Origin: Patescibacteria group bacterium
GTDB lineage: Bacteria > Patescibacteriota > Microgenomatia > CAYGWK01
Direction of reading: 5' to 3'
NCBI GenBank assembly: GCA_049322615.1
Contig: JBMORX010000006.1
Span: 1-56,724, forward strand
DNA length: 56,724 nt
Below, in pieces: positions 53,127 to 56,724 of this stretch. The translations under genes were made by a program, and so were the position numbers. Position 1 is the stretch's first letter. The number at the start of each line of letters is the position of its first letter. The notes beneath the pieces are model-generated. The model worked only from the letters and a program-made list of their open reading frames with translations, did not search any database and was not told where the DNA came from.

Positions 53127-53152
53127 TTTTCATTTTTATTTTTTAATTTTCT
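53092..53152. repeat. AT-rich module, copy 8, spanning a gene junction (core TTGTCGTTTTT at 53113-53123)
   Basis: Read directly. It covers the first 11 codons of the GT2 gene (MKNDKSKFKKI), the 26-bp spacer, and abuts the upstream stop. Confidence 0.8.
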
Positions 53153-53953
53153 TCATCCAATATTGACCTTGAAATTCAACTCTGGCTCATAGCGCCATTT
53201 GCGGCGATTATGATCATCATAATAGCGAAGAATCCGCAGGCGGTAAAAAACCGCTAATGTATCCACTAACATGCTCCAAATGGTATTAAAACCAACGCTT
53301 GAGTATTTAAATTTTCTCGCATCCATTTCCACTGGACCGTCGTGAATCCTCTCAAAGCCCAACCTTCTGGCAACTGCTAATATTTCAATATCAAAAGCAA
53401 ATGCCTTAATCAGAAGCCTTGGAAGAACTTTTTCTAAAACCTGGCGCTTAAAAATTTTTAAACCCCTTTGGCTATCGGTAATTCTCAAGCCGAAAAGAAG
53501 CTTTGTCAAAAAATGATAACCGAAGCTATAAATTCTTCTTTTTAAAGGATAACCATAAACCTTTGAGGCAGAATGGCGAATAGACCCGACAATCACGTCC
53601 GAATTATACCAAACCATGTGTTCCAAAAGCATCGGAATTCCTTCAGGATTAATATCCATTCCCGCGTCAATAAAAGCGACAATGTCACCTTTAGATTTAG
53701 CCATCCCATAGCGCACGGCATAGCCTTTACCATAATTTTTCTCATAACCAACTACTTTTATTTTTCTAGATTTTAATTTCCTGGCCTCCTCAAATGTTTT
53801 ATCCACCATGCCGTCAACCACACAAATAATTTCATAATCGTAACGAATTTTCTTAAGGACCTCTTCAATACGACGGAGATCTCTCCGAATAGTTTTTTCT
53901 TGTTTATAAGCCGGAATGATGACTGAAAGAAGTTCTTTTCCCCTTAAGCGCAT
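53153..53953 (-). CDS. GT-A (GT2-like) glycosyltransferase, polyprenyl-phosphate sugar synthase-like
   Basis: 266 aa. Motifs LSVIIPAYKQEKTI, IICVVDGMVDKT and FIDAGMD. Confidence 0.8.
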   Translation of the reverse strand: MRLRGKELLSVIIPAYKQEKTIRRDLRRIEEVLKKIRYDYEIICVVDGMVDKTFEEARKLKSRKIKVVGYEKNYGKGYAVRYGMAKSKGDIVAFIDAGMDINPEGIPMLLEHMVWYNSDVIVGSIRHSASKVYGYPLKRRIYSFGYHFLTKLLFGLRITDSQRGLKIFKRQVLEKVLPRLLIKAFAFDIEILAVARRLGFERIHDGPVEMDARKFKYSSVGFNTIWSMLVDTLAVFYRLRILRYYDDHNRRKWRYEPELNFKVNIG

Positions 53954-55211
53954 AAAAATAATATACCATTTGGGAGGTAAACAGTAAAGCCGTTATCGCA
54001 AGCGAAATCCAGATAACCTGAAGCAGAGTTTGGTGAAAAAGAGTAATAACGATAATTTGGCTTAAGGCGGCAAGCATCGGAAGAGCGACTATTTTGACTT
54101 CCCTAATCGACAAATAGAAATTCGTCAAAAGAAAAGAGAGTGAATAAAAACTCAAAAAAATTGCAAAGAGGAAAAGATAGGCTGAGGCAGCCAGATATTC
54201 CCTGCCAAAAAGAATCTTAATCATCAATTCGGGAAAAAGTAAATAAACAAGGCTTGCTCCAAAACAAGTAAGAAAGACTAAGCCTAGACTCAAAAATAAA
54301 AGATTTGTATATTGTTTTCCATTAGCCTGGCGTTCAGAAACTAAGGGAAACATTACCGTCACCACCGGACCGCTAATAAAAAAAATAATTTTCCCCAAAA
54401 CTGAAAGGGCGGCATAAAAACCTGCCTCCGAAGCGGTAAGAAAATGTCGAACCAAAATTATATCGGTCGTATAAAGTGAGGTAAACGCCAGAGTTGAGAA
54501 AAAAACCGGCAAGGCATACCAGACCATGGCTAAGTAGTCAAGGGCTTCTTTTTGCCCATCCCAGACTGCTCCCTTTAGAAATATAACAGTAAAAATATAA
54601 GCCACTATCCCGCCAATAAGTATCGGAAGAATTGCTCCGCTTACGCCAAATCCCAACCAAACAAAAAGAACAGCCAAAAAAAGCTTTAAAAACACCTCAA
54701 TTATCCCACTTGCTGCCAACGTGCCAAAATACAAAATGCCCTGGAGAAAAGAGCGATTAATGGTGGTAAAAATGCTAATAAAAGAAATTGCTCCAATAAT
54801 TATCAGGGAGAATTTCTCCTTAAGGTGCAAAAATGAAGATATTGGGGAGATAAAGAGGAAAAAAACAGCCAACCCCACCACCCCAAAAAGAAAAAAAATT
54901 TGGGTATATGTCAGAAACATCGATTTTATGGCGGAAAGTTTTTTTTGACCCTTAAAGGCAGAAACAAATTTAACAATCACTAAACTTAAAGCTCCCATGG
55001 GAATTCCCAAGAGATAAAGAAGAGAAATAAGACTTTCCAAAGTTCCATAGTTGGCTGGTCCCAACATTCGTCCCATCAAAAGGTGGTACAAATAACCACC
55101 AAAATTGGCAATCATGGTCCCGACAAATAAAACCGCACTGCCAGCAATCAGGGGATTTTTGAAAACTCGAGAAGATAACCAACCTAACCAATTTTTTCCC
55201 TTATTCCACAT
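53904..55211 (-). CDS. Wzx/MurJ-type oligosaccharide flippase (MOP superfamily)
   Basis: 435 aa with about 12 helices. Motif NPLIAGSAVLFVGTMIANFGGYLYHLLMGRMLGPANYG. Confidence 0.7.
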   Translation of the reverse strand: MWNKGKNWLGWLSSRVFKNPLIAGSAVLFVGTMIANFGGYLYHLLMGRMLGPANYGTLESLISLLYLLGIPMGALSLVIVKFVSAFKGQKKLSAIKSMFLTYTQIFFLFGVVGLAVFFLFISPISSFLHLKEKFSLIIIGAISFISIFTTINRSFLQGILYFGTLAASGIIEVFLKLFLAVLFVWLGFGVSGAILPILIGGIVAYIFTVIFLKGAVWDGQKEALDYLAMVWYALPVFFSTLAFTSLYTTDIILVRHFLTASEAGFYAALSVLGKIIFFISGPVVTVMFPLVSERQANGKQYTNLLFLSLGLVFLTCFGASLVYLLFPELMIKILFGREYLAASAYLFLFAIFLSFYSLSFLLTNFYLSIREVKIVALPMLAALSQIIVITLFHQTLLQVIWISLAITALLFTSQMVYYFYALKGKRTSFSHHSGL

Positions 55212-55293
55212 GCTTACATTCTACCAATTCTGGGGTTAGAGTGGAAGCCTAAAAACGTTTGGCGTTTATTAATAAGAAACCCTCCCAAACATG

Positions 55294-56550
55294 TTATTTA
55301 GCGGACACTGCCCTGTAAAGAGAGAGCAGTTGAACTTGAATATTTCTTGCTGAGCCCACTTTCTCAATCGCCTTGGGCGCATTTTTGCCCAGCCTTGCCG
55401 CCAGCAACGGATTTTTAATAATCTGGGTAATCTTCCCGGCAAAATCTTTCGGGTCATGGGGATCTGCCAGTAAACCACTTTTTCCGTCTTTAACCATCTC
55501 CGGAATCCCACCAATTCTTGAAGCCACCACTGGTTTTCCTCTACTCATCGCATCAGCTAGGGTAGTAGGCGCCATATTCTCCCATTGTTCAGCAACAATC
55601 ACCACGTTTGCCTTCTGGATTTTTTCTAGATAATCCTCTACTGTTTTCCTTTCAGAAATAAAAACCTTATTGTCCAATTTTAGTTTTTTGATCAAGTTCT
55701 TCACTTTTCCTTCATAGACAGGATCAAGAACTTTTGTTTCAAGATATAATTTTGCCTCGGGAACTTCCTTTAAGATGTATTTTAATGCCTCAATGACAAC
55801 ATGTACTCCCTTATGGGCTGACATCCAGGCATTCATATAAATGTTGCCTTTTTCGATTTTGTTTTTAACTTTTTCTTTTGGCGGATTGTATACCTGGCGA
55901 ACAACAAAAATCTTTTCTTCGGAAATACCATAATTAGACAAAAGCTTTACATTAGATTCAGAGAGAACTAAAAATCCAGAAAGCCAAGAGAAAACTAAAT
56001 CAAAAAGCTTTTTTCTATAAAGAGGAGCGATTTTGGCTGCTGGGCCAAATTTTTTGGTCGCTGAACAAGATGAACACCAAGGCCCATGGAACTTATGACA
56101 AAGATTCCCTTCCTCATCAATAAGCGCGGCCCCAGGACAAAAATACCAATAATCATAAATTGCCAGAACAACAGGAATCCCGAAAAGTTTCCCCGCCAAA
56201 ATCGGCGCAAAAGAAATTTTATTGGCTTTATGAATATGAATAATATCTGGCTTAATTTTTTTTACCAGTTTAATTAAACAAACAAAAGCCAAGGGGTCAA
56301 AAGGGAAAATTTGATTTTTAAAACCAGTAACGTAAAGATGAAGTTTTTTGGGGAAAAAATCCTCAACTGTCCAAATTCTGATAAATTTGAATTTTTCTTT
56401 AACCTGTTTTAAGGGTTTGGTGGCTCCAACATAAATTTTGAAATTTCTATTGTCTGCCAAAATATTGATATGCCGATAAGCCACCTTCTCTGCCCCGCCC
56501 CAAACTAGATAATAGTCGGGTAAATGATCAGTAAAATGTAAAATCTTCAT
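55294..56550 (-). CDS. GT-B (GT4-like) glycosyltransferase
   Basis: I trimmed the GTG-initiated ORF to the ATG at 56550. Motifs MKILHFTDHLPDYYLVWGGAEKV and EQWENMAPTTLADAMSRGKPVVASRIGGIPE. Confidence 0.85.
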   Translation of the reverse strand: MKILHFTDHLPDYYLVWGGAEKVAYRHINILADNRNFKIYVGATKPLKQVKEKFKFIRIWTVEDFFPKKLHLYVTGFKNQIFPFDPLAFVCLIKLVKKIKPDIIHIHKANKISFAPILAGKLFGIPVVLAIYDYWYFCPGAALIDEEGNLCHKFHGPWCSSCSATKKFGPAAKIAPLYRKKLFDLVFSWLSGFLVLSESNVKLLSNYGISEEKIFVVRQVYNPPKEKVKNKIEKGNIYMNAWMSAHKGVHVVIEALKYILKEVPEAKLYLETKVLDPVYEGKVKNLIKKLKLDNKVFISERKTVEDYLEKIQKANVVIVAEQWENMAPTTLADAMSRGKPVVASRIGGIPEMVKDGKSGLLADPHDPKDFAGKITQIIKNPLLAARLGKNAPKAIEKVGSARNIQVQLLSLYRAVSAK

Positions 56551-56598
56551 TACCACATAAGAAGATTATCATATTTCTTAAATCTAAACAACCAAAGC

Positions 56599-56724
56599 TG
56601 AAAAAGTTACGATACATTTGAGACAATGAGTAGTTTTGCCAGCAGATTTTCATCATCTTCGGTATAGTTTCCCAAGACTTGACAGAAATCTGTATCGTAG
56701 TTATATGACTACTTTACAGACGGT
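56599..56724. repeat. Right copy of the perfect 126-bp terminal inverted repeat
   Basis: It is the reverse complement of 2-127 with no mismatch. The inner edge lies 48 bp from the GT4 start codon. Confidence 0.95.
56679..56707 (+). promoter_or_regulatory. Outward-facing promoter-like motif inside the inverted repeat (mirror copy at about 19-47 on the minus strand)
   Basis: TTGACA (56679-56684), a 17-nt spacer, then TATATG (56702-56707). The -35 is perfect, the -10 matches 4 of 6, and the final T is absent. Confidence 0.3.

Noticed and set aside
1-56724. Reading the terminal inverted repeats as the ends of a linear plasmid, a phage, or a giant transposon.
   Set aside because: The window has no replication, partition, terminal-protein, polymerase, capsid, transposase or recombinase gene. 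The cargo is a chromosomal-type glycan operon. The repeat length (126-127 bp) is also what a k=127 assembly would leave at a repeat boundary. I kept it as an open finding but did not call a mobile element.
1-56724. Alternative genetic code (UGA recoding, as in some CPR lineages).
   Set aside because: ORFs are long, contiguous and motif-complete under the standard code, with TGA, TAA and TAG all acting as terminators at sensible gene ends.

Overview
This 56,724-bp window is AT-rich and bacterial. My hand counts of a few 60-nt lines give about 28-58% GC, mostly 35-42%. ORFs are long under the standard code and packed end to end. I call 49 protein genes, 44 on the minus strand. Thirty-seven consecutive minus-strand genes run from 49403 down to 6592, many with 1-4 bp start/stop overlaps.

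Almost everything encodes cell-envelope glycan assembly:
- 9 GT-B/GT4-like and 9 GT-A/GT2-like glycosyltransferases.
- 7 GT-C-fold membrane transferases: four ArnT/PMT-like, one 1188-aa YfhO/AftD-like, one DUF2079-like, and one TMTC-like with C-terminal TPRs.
- An O-antigen-ligase/Wzy-like protein and two Wzx-type flippases.
- A small PglC/WbaP-type initiating phosphoglycosyltransferase and an NDP-hexose pyrophosphorylase.
- A PIG-L deacetylase, an AsnB-like amidotransferase, a hexapeptide acetyltransferase and a DegT aminotransferase.
- Three SAM methyltransferases and two B12-binding radical SAM enzymes.
- A CDP-alcohol phosphatidyltransferase and a UbiA-prenyltransferase/PHP-phosphoesterase pair.

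Three passengers are not glycan genes: a type II R-M pair plus a membrane protein (9.8-12.3 kb), a free-standing double-motif LAGLIDADG endonuclease (46.9-47.9 kb), and a PaaX-like regulator bracketed by identical 19-bp repeats (51.3-51.9 kb). I found no rRNA, tRNA, CRISPR array, transposase, integrase or replication gene.

Four signals are not explained by the gene list:
1. The window is bounded by a perfect 126-bp inverted repeat.
2. An AT-rich 45-65 bp module (coding-strand core AAAAATGACAA) sits in-frame in at least eight genes and is read in two different frames.
3. At least ten short tandem arrays of 7-, 8- or 14-bp units (none a multiple of 3) lie inside coding sequence. Five are in a single GT-C gene and one lies directly after a start codon.
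4. A UbiA-PHP-methyltransferase-DUF2079 operon and an aminosugar-tailoring cassette suggest an unusual lipid-linked sugar donor.

The gene content and repeat style remind me of CPR/Patescibacteria metagenome bins. That is recollection and I cannot test it here.
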